Assembly: GCF_964194025.1 (NCBI RefSeq) | Contig: NC_134478.1 | Location: 12,090,001 to 12,154,000, forward strand | Source: Convolutriloba macropyga | Lineage: Eukaryota | DNA length: 64,000 nt | Direction of reading: 5' to 3' | In this document: piece after piece, positions 63,812-64,000 of the stretch | Numbering within the stretch: position 1 is the stretch's first letter | Layout: the number at the start of each line of letters is the position of its first letter | Notes under the pieces: model-generated | Database searches by the model: none | Seen by the model: only the letters and a program-made list of their open reading frames with translations | Told to the model about the DNA's origin: nothing | Made by a program: the position numbers and the translations under genes

Positions 63812-64000
63812 CTAAAACCAAAGCAACGTCATAACTGTAACTGCTATTAAAGTACAGGATACAAGTGACTGAAGTCACTGAAAACTTCTGGCATGAAATT
63901 TGTGGACAGATAAGCAAGACCCGCATTTGCACGTTTGAAACTGCCGGAAGTAATTGGCATTTTAACTTCTGGAATTGGAAATGGAACTTCTGACTAAGTT

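Overview
AT-rich, transposon-dense eukaryotic (invertebrate animal) genomic DNA. An acoel or flatworm-like host is only an impression and cannot be shown from the sequence. There are three host genes, all on the minus strand. (1) The last three coding exons of ERp44: 63706-63811, a 33-nt micro-exon at 54532-54564, and the RDEL exon at 47491-47574. (2) A two-exon MOSMO/ATTHOG orthologue (45569-45683 + 35257-35675). (3) An intronless CLCC1-like ER channel gene (22165-23790). Retroelements: a decayed near full-length CR1/L2-type LINE (4481-~15189) interrupted by a Mag-like Ty3/Gypsy element with 420-bp near-identical LTRs and a 5-bp TSD (5181-11789); a BEL/Pao pol remnant with a 2.56-kb internal tandem duplication; and an old, pol-deleted Ty3/Gypsy element with an F-type env remnant inside the MOSMO intron (36372-41691). 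Four non-autonomous repeat families have Helentron/HINE (DINE-1-like) terminal architecture. Most notable: (a) one HINE family repeatedly sits nested at the same position inside other HINEs and spreads as a composite; (b) another carries an internal tRNA-like Pol III cassette; (c) a 200-bp duplication has copied the ERp44 terminal splice acceptor upstream, so that it now opens on 'KK-stop' and could yield an ERp44 lacking its C-tail and RDEL; (d) the env-bearing retrovirus-like element. All alignments were done by eye and no database searches were run.
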